DNA from: a virus
Reading direction: 5' to 3' (one strand)
IMG/VR virus record: IMGVR_UViG_3300037882_003154
Span: 1-57,373 of that record
Length of the DNA: 57,373 bases
The position numbers and the translations under genes are program-made. The stretch's first letter is position 1, and every line of letters starts with the position of its first letter. This document shows, piece after piece, positions 27,279 to 39,100 of the stretch. Under the pieces are notes generated by a model. It had not been told where the DNA came from, did no database searches, and saw only the letters and a list, made by a program, of their open reading frames with translations.

Positions 27279-30200
27279 ATGGCAGAGCCCTTCGTAATTT
27301 CAGCAATGCTTCAGATTGTAGCCCCAAGCGCTGCTTCTGTTAGTCTACTTAGAGCCAATATTAAGAAACAACTGGGCAACTTGAATGCCGTTGTTAATCT
27401 CAAGGTGGGGTCTACTAAAAGTCTTGATGACTTAGATAGAAAGATAACTGGGGTTACAAAGAGTGTAGGGCGGCTTAGCAAAGAGAGCGAAGTAACAGCC
27501 GCCAACCTACGTGAAATGGGCGGGGCTTTTGGTAACATTAAGGCTAATCTGGCTAGTCTTGGTCCTTCTCTAAATAAAGTCAATGGTTCTTTTGTTAATA
27601 CAACCAAGGTCATTCGTAGTGCAAAACAAGAAACCGTTTCATTTGCCGAACAGGCTGGTTTAGCATCTAGAAGGTTCTTGGCTTTTACATTACCAACAAC
27701 AGCCCTCTTTGCTTTTACCAAAGCAATATCCACTGGTATCAAAGAGATATTTACATTTGAAAGAGAGTTAATCAAAATAGCCCAGGCTACTGATAGACCC
27801 ACCAATAGCCTAAAATCATTAGAGGATACTGTTACGGGACTGTCTGTACAGTTAGGCGTTTCTTCTAGTGAAATGATTAATGCTGCTAAGGTACTGGCAC
27901 AAGCAGGTTTTACCGCAAAGGATACGGAAAAAGCCCTATCTGCCTTAGCTAAAAGCGATCTAGCCCCAAGCTTTGATAGTATAGCCAGAAGTACCGAGGG
28001 TATGATTTCTGTTTTTAGTCAGTTTGAGTCCGACGCATCTAAGCTAGAAGCCATTTTTGGTTCTATCAATGCTGTAGCTGCTAAATATCCAGTAGAGTCT
28101 GATGATATTATTACTGCCATACAAAAAACGGGTGGAGCCTTTAAGGTTGCTGGCGGCAACATCCACGAGCTGATTGGTTTATTTACCGCTGTTAGATCAA
28201 CAACACGAGAATCCGCAGATACTATTGCGGTAGCCTTTAGAACTATCTTTACAAGACTACAAAGACCAGAGACAATTGGATTTTTAAGACAATTCAATAT
28301 TGAGCTCCAGGAAGCCGGAAAGTTCGTTGGTCCCGTAGAAGCCGTTAAAAGGATCAATGAGGTTGTTAGCAAATTGGGCAAGGGTGATTTGCGAATATCT
28401 GCTATTGCCGAAGAAATTGGTGGGCTGAGGCAGGTATCTAAAACCATTCCCTTGATTCAACAAGCAGCCCTGGGTCAAGAAGCCATTAACACTTCATTGA
28501 AGGGTACTGCATCTCTAAATGAAGATGTGGAACAATCTTTGGATGGTTTTTTAAGAAAGCTATCTCAAGTAAGAGAAGAGTTTCTGGCTCTATTCAGAGA
28601 AATGGGTAAGACAAAATCTTTTCAGATAATCACAACGTCCCTAATCCAACTATTACACGGGGCTAATCAGTTGCTTAGGACATTTAAGGAACTGGTTCCA
28701 TTATTAGTTATTGGTGGAACATTTTTGGCTGGCAGATCAATAATAAGGGGTGGGGCTGCTGGCTTCGTATCTAAGTTTCTAAAAAGAGACACTCCATCTA
28801 CTACTATACCATTTGCTAGTGGTGGCGTTGTTCCTGGACCCAATGTGAACAAAGATATTGTACCAGCAATGTTGATGCCGGGCGAGTTTGTTTTGAACAA
28901 GGCGTCAGTAGCAAAGATTGGGCTGGCAAACTTAACTAGAGTAAACAACTCGGCTGGTCCACCTAGGCAGAAGGGTGGTATTACCTTTTTTGGTCCACAA
29001 GAAGATCTGGAGCCACTTGTAAAAGCCATAGCCGATCAGCTAGGAAAATCTGTTAGTAAGGTTTCTATAAATACAAAGACCAGTAAAATTGGTGGATCTT
29101 CATTGTTAGGGTCTGTGGTAGTTCCCGGAGCCTTAACCAAAGGCATAGACATTCAGAAATTGACGCAGGGCGTTACTGGCGGCGCTATTAATACCAGGAC
29201 GGGGGGCGGCATATCTAATTTGGGCAAAGACAGCCTTGCATTGCTTACTGGTCTGGTGTCTGGGGTTAATGAATTTGGGAAAGCTATAGAAGATACTAGT
29301 GGGGCTGTCGAACAAGGGAGTGCTGCGTTAAAACAAGAAATCGCTCTTGCAAAACAAAGAAAGATTGCTCTAAGAGAAGAAGCTCTCATTACAAAACAAG
29401 AGGCTGATATTGCTAAGCAGACATCCAGTCTCAGGAAACAAAAAGTCTCTGCTTTGAAAGATCAGGTAGCTGTTGTAAAAGTAGAAAAGCAGGTTACTAG
29501 TGAGGTTCGGCAGCTTGTTAAGGCACAATCAACTATTACACCACAAGGAACGACAATTGCAGACTCTCAATTGTTTCGTCGGCAGCCCTCGATCAATTTG
29601 CTTTTGGGCAACATCATTGATGCTACTGAAAAACAAAATAGGAACCAGGCTAGATTACAAAGATTCAAACTTGAAGACATCCTTGGTCCATCATCGCAAT
29701 CTGGTAGCCCACTCAATGTTATTCTGAAAGAAACCGAGATACAGAACAAAGAGTATCGTGCATTTTTGCAGAGAAACGAAGCACGACAGAGGGCTTTGTC
29801 AATCATTCCGGGTCGTGGGGTTGGTGGTCCGGGAGTTTTAGTACCTAGTAGAAACAGAATATTTACAGAAAATCTACTGCCACTACCACAAGGCTTATCT
29901 GGCTCTATTGGGTTTGCTGCAACTGGAGCAGATCTAGGACCAAAGATATCACTGAATCCATCTCCACTAGTGACCCCAAGAACACCATTTGTTGCCAGCC
30001 AGAATGCTCAATCTCGCAGACAAGCAAATATACTCCGTAGACAACTAAGAAATCCAACACAAGCCGACACAATCATTGCTAATGCTATAGCCAGACAAAA
30101 TCAAGCATCTGGCGTGTCTACAGCGGGATTAGTATCATTGGGTACAACAGCAGCACAGTCTACATCGCCAACCCCAGGCTCAACCTTTGGTAATGGTGTT

Positions 30201-32636
30201 GTTACACTACCCAGAAATGTTCTGTTAAACCGGTCCGAAAGGATACGAGCAATACAACTTGCTGGTAGGGGTAGCTTACTAAATACAGTATCTACCAATC
30301 TCAACCCATCCTCTATTGGATCTTTATCAAGGTCTGCTGGGACATCAGTTAAAGGCTTGTTTTCTAAAGGAAATTTTGGATTGGCGGCTACTGTGGGCGC
30401 TGGTATTGCTGGGTCTTCCATTCAAGCTAGTGGTCTGAAAACTGGCAGTGAAATCAAGACCGGTTTGGGTGGAGCCTTAAGTGGGGCAGCCGTTGGGGCT
30501 GCGATTGGCTCTATAGTCCCCGGTATTGGAACCGCTGTTGGTGGCATAGTTGGTGGTCTCACTGGTGTGTTGTTCGCCCTTGATGATTTTGATGAAACCG
30601 TCAAGAATGCAAAGATAGCCAAAAACCTCGATAACATAGGACAGAGCTTTTCCGATCTTAATCAAGCAATTGAGACACAAGATACTAAAAAAATAGACAT
30701 CGTTGCAGGGGCGACACTTAATAACATTAGACAGTCCGCAATACTGAATTCGCAACCATTAGACAGAATCAAGAGACAAGAAGCCGATCTTATAAGACAG
30801 ACTGCTACGGCTCAGTTACAAAATAAACAGGATGGAAGACTAGCCGAAAGAGTTGGTCCGGTTGTCTTGCGAGCACTATTTGGTAGATCGGCTACTGGTG
30901 AAAGCGTCGACACCAGAGACACAAGTAAGTTTTCAGATGCATCAGTAGCTGAATTACTAGCCCCAATACTGGGTCTTTCAACCGAAGCTCTTTTAGCTAG
31001 AGATGAAGTACAAAAATATACAAATGCAATCAGAAAACAAACCAGCATATTAGACATACTGTCTGATAGGTTTGCTGATCTAGGATCTAACCTAGACAGA
31101 GCCACAGAAAACAATTCGTTCGTAACAGGTCTAGGCGAAGGCATCGGTGGATTTGCACAGTCTAATCGTAAATTGTCACTCGGCTCTTCTTTATTTGATC
31201 AAAATCTTGGCGCTATTAGTGGCAATCCACAGTTACAACAAGCATCAGCATTTGCTAGTGAAGTTAATGCCGCCTTTGTACAGCTAAGAAGCAAATTTGC
31301 TGGTGGTCTATTAGATGAATTGATAGCATCTGCCACTACTGGCGGAGCCGATATAGCCCTAGAAAATACTATAGGCGGTCTTTCTACTTCTGATAATGTT
31401 AAGAGGCTATTGAATTCGGCGGTTAGAGGATTTGATGGTGAGGCGGTTGGCGAAAAAGATGCAACCACCATATTAAAAGATTTGTTTGGGGCTGAAGCCA
31501 TATCACTGCCTATTGATAAGCTAAACAGTGTTATTCAGGAGCAAACCAGCGCCCTAGACAAACATGCTAATATAATGAAGGGCATAGCAGAGTTTTCACA
31601 AAAAATTCTGTCACAAACTCAAACCGTCAACAATAGCATACAAACGGCTCAGCTTACCGTAGCCGAATTACAATCCAACAGAACCGGTCAAAGGCTTTCT
31701 TCTATTGTGGGCGATATTGGTTTTAATACATTTAAACAAAACCAAGGTATTTTGGGTGGTGGATTAGATCCTACAGCCATAGGGGTCGATGCAAGAAATA
31801 GAATATCTGGTCTACAAGCCTTTGTTGCTGGTGGTGGTGGAAATACTGCCAGAGGCATTAGTTCCATAGTTGCTGAACAAACATCAATTACTAATCTCAT
31901 CCAATCACTAAAGAACTTAACGGACCCTGCTAATCTAGCGGCTGATGCTATTAGAGAGCTTTCAGAAGTAGAAGAAGAAAGGGCTGCCAGGCTAGGTCTA
32001 TTAAACAATTTTCTTGGGCAAGATTCTGGTGGACGGCGTAGCTTTCTGAGAACAGCCCAAAACGCCCAGCGGTTTGCTGCTGGTGGAGCTGGATTTTTTG
32101 ATAGTCTAAACACACAAAGACAAAAAGAACTATTGGACTTTGTTTCATCTAATGCCGGAGTTTCAATCGGTGGCAGAAAGCTAGGGGCTATTGCTAACGA
32201 ACAACTACCATTCACTGCTGGTGGTCGTCAGTTAGAAGCCCTGGGGTTTGGTCTAGGTGGGCTAAATGCCGAAAGAGCTGACTTAGAAGCTGAGATAGGG
32301 GCGGCTAATGCAACCGCCGTTGAGGCACAACGACAACTTTTAGAGATTCTACAAACACAGGGATCTTTGCTCAAAGACACAACCGATGGTTTTCAAACAG
32401 CAGTTGAAGGATTTAATGGGGCTGTTGCTACTTTTTCTAATGCGGTAGACAGAATCCCAAGTTCAATTGAGCTTCGTGGTATTAATGAAATACAAGTGAA
32501 TATAGCTGGTACAAATGGGCTAAATCAATTGTCTAGCTCTATTCAGAGACAGGTTCTGAATTCTGTAGCCAATAAGCTTAAGCAAGTAATCCCGGAAGCC
32601 TCAGCCAAAATAGAAAGATCTTTTGGCTCAGTGTAG
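27279..32636 (+). CDS. Tail tape measure protein
   Basis: 1785 aa; TP901-like core (FEREL..IAQ...LAQAGF); FASGG.VPG....D.VPAML.PGEFVL motif; Gly/Ala hydrophobic segment (GAAVGAAIGSIVPGIGTAVGG). Confidence 0.9.
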   Translation: MAEPFVISAMLQIVAPSAASVSLLRANIKKQLGNLNAVVNLKVGSTKSLDDLDRKITGVTKSVGRLSKESEVTAANLREMGGAFGNIKANLASLGPSLNKVNGSFVNTTKVIRSAKQETVSFAEQAGLASRRFLAFTLPTTALFAFTKAISTGIKEIFTFERELIKIAQATDRPTNSLKSLEDTVTGLSVQLGVSSSEMINAAKVLAQAGFTAKDTEKALSALAKSDLAPSFDSIARSTEGMISVFSQFESDASKLEAIFGSINAVAAKYPVESDDIITAIQKTGGAFKVAGGNIHELIGLFTAVRSTTRESADTIAVAFRTIFTRLQRPETIGFLRQFNIELQEAGKFVGPVEAVKRINEVVSKLGKGDLRISAIAEEIGGLRQVSKTIPLIQQAALGQEAINTSLKGTASLNEDVEQSLDGFLRKLSQVREEFLALFREMGKTKSFQIITTSLIQLLHGANQLLRTFKELVPLLVIGGTFLAGRSIIRGGAAGFVSKFLKRDTPSTTIPFASGGVVPGPNVNKDIVPAMLMPGEFVLNKASVAKIGLANLTRVNNSAGPPRQKGGITFFGPQEDLEPLVKAIADQLGKSVSKVSINTKTSKIGGSSLLGSVVVPGALTKGIDIQKLTQGVTGGAINTRTGGGISNLGKDSLALLTGLVSGVNEFGKAIEDTSGAVEQGSAALKQEIALAKQRKIALREEALITKQEADIAKQTSSLRKQKVSALKDQVAVVKVEKQVTSEVRQLVKAQSTITPQGTTIADSQLFRRQPSINLLLGNIIDATEKQNRNQARLQRFKLEDILGPSSQSGSPLNVILKETEIQNKEYRAFLQRNEARQRALSIIPGRGVGGPGVLVPSRNRIFTENLLPLPQGLSGSIGFAATGADLGPKISLNPSPLVTPRTPFVASQNAQSRRQANILRRQLRNPTQADTIIANAIARQNQASGVSTAGLVSLGTTAAQSTSPTPGSTFGNGVVTLPRNVLLNRSERIRAIQLAGRGSLLNTVSTNLNPSSIGSLSRSAGTSVKGLFSKGNFGLAATVGAGIAGSSIQASGLKTGSEIKTGLGGALSGAAVGAAIGSIVPGIGTAVGGIVGGLTGVLFALDDFDETVKNAKIAKNLDNIGQSFSDLNQAIETQDTKKIDIVAGATLNNIRQSAILNSQPLDRIKRQEADLIRQTATAQLQNKQDGRLAERVGPVVLRALFGRSATGESVDTRDTSKFSDASVAELLAPILGLSTEALLARDEVQKYTNAIRKQTSILDILSDRFADLGSNLDRATENNSFVTGLGEGIGGFAQSNRKLSLGSSLFDQNLGAISGNPQLQQASAFASEVNAAFVQLRSKFAGGLLDELIASATTGGADIALENTIGGLSTSDNVKRLLNSAVRGFDGEAVGEKDATTILKDLFGAEAISLPIDKLNSVIQEQTSALDKHANIMKGIAEFSQKILSQTQTVNNSIQTAQLTVAELQSNRTGQRLSSIVGDIGFNTFKQNQGILGGGLDPTAIGVDARNRISGLQAFVAGGGGNTARGISSIVAEQTSITNLIQSLKNLTDPANLAADAIRELSEVEEERAARLGLLNNFLGQDSGGRRSFLRTAQNAQRFAAGGAGFFDSLNTQRQKELLDFVSSNAGVSIGGRKLGAIANEQLPFTAGGRQLEALGFGLGGLNAERADLEAEIGAANATAVEAQRQLLEILQTQGSLLKDTTDGFQTAVEGFNGAVATFSNAVDRIPSSIELRGINEIQVNIAGTNGLNQLSSSIQRQVLNSVANKLKQVIPEASAKIERSFGSV

Positions 32637-32654
32637 CCCAATCAGGAGATTTGG

Positions 32655-34766
32655 ATGCCCCTAGTACAAACACCATTTAGACCAGCCCAAATAGTCCAAA
32701 ATATATCTGGTAGTGGTCTTGGTACTGCACAATGGACTAGTGCGGCGAATGCTGCTGGGGCTTCTGATAGTGTATATGCAACGTGTCTTATTGCTAATGC
32801 AACCGATCCCTCTTATTATCTGAGGGCTTATGATTTTCGGTTCATTGATCTTGGTATACCAAATAATGCAATTATTACTGGTATTTATGCCCAAATCACC
32901 CGTAAAGCCAGCACAACATTTAATGTCAAAGACGATCATATAAGATTGTTCACTGGTGATCCGGTCAATTTTACTGGTGCTAAAATATATGGAAATTCAC
33001 TATATCCAGGAACCATAGATTTCTGGGGTGTTACAAATGGAACATCTGTGTATGGTGGTACTGGGTTGGCTGGCTATTCACCACTGTTGGGGCTGTCACC
33101 AATCCTTGGTTCTGATATTAACCAGTCTGGATTTGGTTTTGTCTTTTCTTGTAGTGGTAGTGTAACACCACAGACGGCTAGTGTAGACTCTTTAGAGCTA
33201 TCGTTTGTATGGTTAAGTGGCTTTGAATCGAATACATTATCACTATTCTTAGCAGCAGATACTGAGCAATCTGGTCAGACAGATCTATTTACTCAAGGGG
33301 CTATTACTATAACCAATCTTGATGGTTCTAGTGATGGTTTCTCTCCTAGCCAAGTAAATGGATTGGTGGGCTGGTGGGATGCAAATATAAGCAATTCTGT
33401 CTTTCAAGATCCTATAACCAGTGGAAACTCAATACACAACCAACCGGCTGGTCTTTGGTTAAACCAAGTTGGCAATAATCATCTAAAGCAATATACATTT
33501 GCTAAAAAGCCCACATACATCAATAACAATACTGGGTTCTTGGGTCGTCCATACATTGCATTCGATGGAACAGACGACTCTATTGGTATGACCAGTGGAA
33601 TCACACTAAATGGTGATTTCTCTATATGGCTTATTAATTCTTTGCTAGATGGCGATGCCAATGTTAATAATACTATATTATCTGCTACTGGCAATTTATT
33701 AACAACCATATCACAGTCTGGACTACAACTATTTGCTAGATCTGATATAGCATCTGGGTATATATCTCATGGATCAATATCCAATACATTTGATATCAGA
33801 TATATAGAGAGAAACAGTAATACCATAACCTATAAGCCCAATGGTATTAATGGGCTGTCTTACTCTGTGCCCAATGTTTCGGGCAATCTGACACTTAATA
33901 CATTGGGCGAAAGACTCAATACAAATTTCTATAAGGGCAATATAGAAGCCCTCTTAATATACAACCAAAGAAATACTGATGCCGAACAAAGAAACATCAA
34001 TGTGTATCTTGGGGCTTCGCCCATATTTGCATTATATACATATGGGTCTATTGAGATATCCAATGGCATGGAGCTTTTCCTTGGAGCCCCAGAATTAGCC
34101 ACTGGTAATCCCCTAAATTTATACTTGCACAATACCATAGTGACTAGCGATCAGTTCGATTTGTTTGTTGGTGGTCCAGCGTCACTTTCCGGGGTAATGA
34201 ACCTGTTCTTAAGAACAGCAGACCTGTCTTACATAAGCACTAGTGGCAAGAGACAATATAATCCATCGTTGTATGTTAAGGGCGCCCCATTAGGAACTGG
34301 CATACAAGAGGGTAGTCTTAACCTATTCCTAGAATCTAGTCGAGTACAAGCCCCACTGAATTTATTTGTTGGGGTAGATAATAGCGTGACCACAGATACT
34401 TACATGAATTTGTTTGTAAATGGTCGTGCTTATGATATTGGCAATTCTTTACATTTATATGTTGGGGCTTCTGGTGAAATTAATACCCTTAACTTATATA
34501 CCAAGGGGCGAGGGTTTGTAGAAGTTGATAATCCCTTCTATCCATCAGATAGTTTCTATCCTTACAGTGGTGGCATGAACCTCTTTATTATGAGAGATCC
34601 TGCCGAAATGCTCAATCTATTTGTGCAGTGCCAGATATCAAGTGGTGGTTTTCCGCTATATACTAATGGTGCATTTCTTATTGACAGCGGAATAAATCTG
34701 GTAATGCCCTCTACAATTGATAGTGGAAATAAAAGACAATTGTTGTTTACTAGGGGTGGTGTCTAA
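32655..34766 (+). CDS. Tail/fibre protein with LamG-like domain and (L/M)NL(F/Y) repeats
   Basis: LVGWWDAN...FDGTDD...G.I...LIYN lectin-like domain; about 12-14 short xNL(F/Y) repeats in the C-terminal third; AGGAG SD. Confidence 0.7.
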   Translation: MPLVQTPFRPAQIVQNISGSGLGTAQWTSAANAAGASDSVYATCLIANATDPSYYLRAYDFRFIDLGIPNNAIITGIYAQITRKASTTFNVKDDHIRLFTGDPVNFTGAKIYGNSLYPGTIDFWGVTNGTSVYGGTGLAGYSPLLGLSPILGSDINQSGFGFVFSCSGSVTPQTASVDSLELSFVWLSGFESNTLSLFLAADTEQSGQTDLFTQGAITITNLDGSSDGFSPSQVNGLVGWWDANISNSVFQDPITSGNSIHNQPAGLWLNQVGNNHLKQYTFAKKPTYINNNTGFLGRPYIAFDGTDDSIGMTSGITLNGDFSIWLINSLLDGDANVNNTILSATGNLLTTISQSGLQLFARSDIASGYISHGSISNTFDIRYIERNSNTITYKPNGINGLSYSVPNVSGNLTLNTLGERLNTNFYKGNIEALLIYNQRNTDAEQRNINVYLGASPIFALYTYGSIEISNGMELFLGAPELATGNPLNLYLHNTIVTSDQFDLFVGGPASLSGVMNLFLRTADLSYISTSGKRQYNPSLYVKGAPLGTGIQEGSLNLFLESSRVQAPLNLFVGVDNSVTTDTYMNLFVNGRAYDIGNSLHLYVGASGEINTLNLYTKGRGFVEVDNPFYPSDSFYPYSGGMNLFIMRDPAEMLNLFVQCQISSGGFPLYTNGAFLIDSGINLVMPSTIDSGNKRQLLFTRGGV

Positions 34767-36181
34767 TGGCTGTTTATTATGATAACAAGAAAATAATACC
34801 TATTCCATCTGTTGCTATAAATAAGCAATATATAAAGAATGAGGATGGTCAATCAATAGGGTCTAAGTTTAATATAACAATCAATGGGGTTATTATAGCT
34901 TGGAAGGGTAGTCCTGATAGTACAGGGGCTTTTTGGACCATTGGTGGATATCCGGCAGATGAAGTCATAGCTACTGATTCTAGGTTGGCGGCTATACTCA
35001 AAAAACAACAAGCCCTTAGAGATCTTTTTTCTGTTGATGGGAGAGTATTGAGCTTTGCCCCGTGGGATGCCACACAGCCATCGGAATGTAACCCAAGGGT
35101 TATATCTATAGATTTCCCCGCTGGGATTTGGGTGGAGACGTGCCCATATACTATAACATTAGAATGCGATACTATAACCGGTCCATTGATTCCGACAACA
35201 GAGGACGACTTTGCTCAATATTTGAACTCAGCAATCGAAGATTGGTCTATAAATATGCAGTCAGACCAACCCGAAAGCGATATCCAACAACAAACATTCT
35301 TATTGACACACACTCTGAATGCAATTGGTCGAAGGCACTATAATGCCGATTCTTCATATCAGGAAGGATGGGAGCAGGCTAGAACATGGGTACAATCCAG
35401 GCTTGGCATAGATGCCGACAGAATAATTGCTGTTAGCTCACTAAATCTACCAGTATGGTTTAATGGCTATAATCATGCCAGGGCTGAAAGCGTAAATAAA
35501 AACAACGGAAACTTTAGTGTTACTGAAACCTGGGTAGTAAGTTCTGGAACAGCCCTCGAAGATTTTAGTATAGACAGTAATGTATCGACCAATGACGGTC
35601 TCACCACAGTAACAATACAAGGCAATATCAGGGGGCTTGAAACTAGGAACTCTAATTTTGCTATATCACAGACCAAGTGGGCTGCTGCATCGGGTAAGTT
35701 CGAGCAAATACGCAATGGATTATATGGAAGAGCCCAAAACTACAGTGGAATATCATTAAATCCATTGGCTATAAATGAAGCTATTGGTAGAAATCCAGTA
35801 GCTGGTACTATATCTTATGTTTACACTTATAATAGTAGATTCTCATTGTTTCCTAATGCTAGATTTCAGAATATTCAAATAACGGAACAAGGAAACGACG
35901 ATGTGTTCGCATCCCTACTAGTTCTTGGGAGGACGGCTGGACCGGTATTACAAGATATTAGCACAGTAACCGCAAGGGCTAGATCTGTCAACATAGAATT
36001 AATAGTAACACCAGCTAGTTCATCAGGATATATTAATTATATGGCTAATAAGCCCGACACCAATGGTATAATTAATGATACAAGACCGATTGCTTCACAG
36101 GTATTTGAGACAAACAAATCAGAAACATTTAATCCCATTACCGGAAATTATGCCAGAACTATTACATTTGTGTATGAGTAA
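34766..36181 (+). CDS. Putative distal tail/hub protein
   Basis: 471-aa beta-rich protein after TMP with repeated tube-like strands. Confidence 0.5.
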   Translation: MAVYYDNKKIIPIPSVAINKQYIKNEDGQSIGSKFNITINGVIIAWKGSPDSTGAFWTIGGYPADEVIATDSRLAAILKKQQALRDLFSVDGRVLSFAPWDATQPSECNPRVISIDFPAGIWVETCPYTITLECDTITGPLIPTTEDDFAQYLNSAIEDWSINMQSDQPESDIQQQTFLLTHTLNAIGRRHYNADSSYQEGWEQARTWVQSRLGIDADRIIAVSSLNLPVWFNGYNHARAESVNKNNGNFSVTETWVVSSGTALEDFSIDSNVSTNDGLTTVTIQGNIRGLETRNSNFAISQTKWAAASGKFEQIRNGLYGRAQNYSGISLNPLAINEAIGRNPVAGTISYVYTYNSRFSLFPNARFQNIQITEQGNDDVFASLLVLGRTAGPVLQDISTVTARARSVNIELIVTPASSSGYINYMANKPDTNGIINDTRPIASQVFETNKSETFNPITGNYARTITFVYE

Positions 36182-36186
36182 CTAAT

Positions 36187-39100
36187 ATGCAACAACAAAC
36201 ATTTATGGGCTCTAGTATAGCTGCATATGGCGTAACACTAGGTCTGAACGAACAAAATACACAACTGACAGTCAATCTAGTGGACGATCCTGTTAATGGT
36301 GATCTTTTTACTGCACCACTAATAGGGTCGCCAGTATATTTTTCTCATTTTGATGACAGCAACACCTTCACTCATGGTGGTATATTACAACACTACGTAA
36401 GCTCTAGTAGTGGTGATGGATATCCGGTATATACAGTAGATGTATTGGATCCCAGAATAATATTAGATGGTGTCCAGATTATATTATCGGGATATATTGG
36501 GGCTACTGAAGTCGTACCGAATCTTATAAATATTTTTGGGTACTTAGAAAGCCAGGGTTTTGGTAATACCTTGGTAAATGATGGTGGGGTTCCTTTTGTT
36601 AAAATCCGACAAGCCCTTGGTGATATGATCGGTGTTGCTGGTATATTATCAAGCCATGATTATGGTGGACCATTCATCAACTTCAGGGGGCACAACTATT
36701 CTTTAGATATCTCAGAAATTCCTGTCACAAGCCCATATTATCGTGTTCCAGGGAATTTCATTAGCTTGTTAGAGCTCATCAGCATAGTATGTCAAGATCA
36801 TGGGCATGATTTTCATTGTGTGCTGATTCAGAGCGCCATATCTAATATAATTAAAATAAAAACAATAGATAGAAGGGCTCAGCCACAAGGCAATGTATTG
36901 TCCTCATACATATCTAATGTGTCTAATGTTATATCTAAAGAAGTCGGTAAAGAGCTCAGGACAGACCCAACCTCTATGTTTTTGGTTGGTGGTCAGGTGC
37001 AAAGCTTGTTTACTACAACCCAAGTATATTATGACAGCAACAACAATATTGTTGATATATATGGAGATGGTGGCGTCATTATAGATGATGCCGATCCCGA
37101 ACACATATATTATACAATTAGCGCATCTGGGACATTAACCAAAACCATTGTGTCTGCTGCTACAAATTCTACTGTAACAATTGGAACATTTGATAGTACA
37201 GGATTTTTATACGATGGCAATAATCATATAACTTATAATTTAAGAGACGATGGGCTATTAACATCTATTGCTGATGATGGTCAATCTAAAATTGTCGGAA
37301 CGCTCCATCTAAATTCACCCAATGCCGATAGAACAAAAACACACATATTGCCATTTTGGGGAATAGATGCCAATGGCAATGTTATTATTGCTAATGTTGC
37401 TGATAGATTTGCTGAAGCCAACTTTAATATAGATTCTAGAAACTGGAATGTGCTTGGGGTTGGTGACACATACAATATTACTATGGCTGAGATTAGAGCA
37501 TCTCTTATCAGTCAAGATGCATGGGCTACCATGTTGGAGATTATGGACCCAAGCAAGGCGCAGTCATTGGGGATTAGTGACAGAAGTTTCTTTGATGTCA
37601 ATGGGGCATTTTTAGACAATGTATTGCTTGGGGTTGGTAGAAACACAATAACCAAACTTAATGCTAATACCAGGGTTCTAAATGCTAATGAAACAGAATT
37701 TGGTCATCAAAATGACAATATCTTTAGACTATACAATTATGTAAAAGAATTTGCCACCGAACACTATGGCAGAAAATTTATGGTGCGAATACCAGATGTG
37801 TTGGCTACAAGAGAAAGTGAGACCGGCATATTAGTGTTTTCCCTAGATATAGCTGATGGGGGATTTTTGGAAGATGGGGCAGAGCCGTTAGGTTTGCCTA
37901 ACTATTATAGTGACTTGTTCACCGACCAGGATGGTAAATTTCAAGCATTTGTTAGACTAGACAATATACAAAACTATGACCTGTCAAATATGACACCAGG
38001 AACAGATTATGTTGTGATAAATAAAAATTATCCGGGCGGCATATCTGTTCCATACTACGCTTTCATTAAATGTAATGTAGAGCTAAATATGGTATTTTTA
38101 GATTACTATAATCTGACTGGTCCTAGAGCAGTAATTACACTGCCATCGCCAATATTATTAGATATAGAAAAGCAAACAAGGGCTATCAATACTGGTCTGA
38201 GGATTATGTGGCTGAAACATTTTATGGGATTTGGTTTAACAAGAATGCAATATGAAAATGCTTTCTATATTAATAATAATTTAAGTAGACCATCACACCT
38301 ACAAGATGGAACACTAATACAACCAGAGCAAGACACAAACTTTACACTAGATGATCGGTTGCCCAATTTATATCAATTTTCTGAATCATTAGAAAATTAT
38401 AATATCAGATTGATAGCCAATCCAACCGCCATTAGATTTTCAAATACACTGTCAGAGAGACTTCAGGCAGCCATATCTAATATTGCCAACGGTATTGAGA
38501 ATGTTGAAGCAGCCCCTATTTTTAAACAGCCCGATTTTGTTGCCATACCACTCATAGACCACACAACAACATATGGTCCGTGGTATATAAATTCGGCGAT
38601 TGGCAAAGTCTCATTTGAACAAGATGAATCATTGGTTCCCTGGAATTATGGGGGCTTTACACAAATGAATTTGGCAGCACAAGCCAAACTAATATCTGGT
38701 ACTGCTAAGTCTCAGGTTCTTGAGGCTGGTTCAATACAAGTCCCTGGGGTTCCTACAATATCCATAGGTGATATTTTGTCTGTTGGGCTCCCTAATATAA
38801 CTAATATTCAAGTTAGTATTAATGAACAGGGAATAACCACAACATATAATATGCAGACATACACGCCCAAATTTGGGGTTTTTGCACAACAGAATGCGGC
38901 TAGATTTACAAGGCTCACTAAACAATCACAAAATATCAAAAGGCGACTTAATCAAGTTATAAGGGCTCCTTCAAGAGAGCAGTTAAACAGGAGGGGATCG
39001 GCTAGGTTCATAGGTCTAGATGGCTCTAGGATTTTGACAGCAAAGAGCCCACATCCAGTGGTATTAGCCAGAAATGATGTGGATATTAGTGGTAGAGTTG

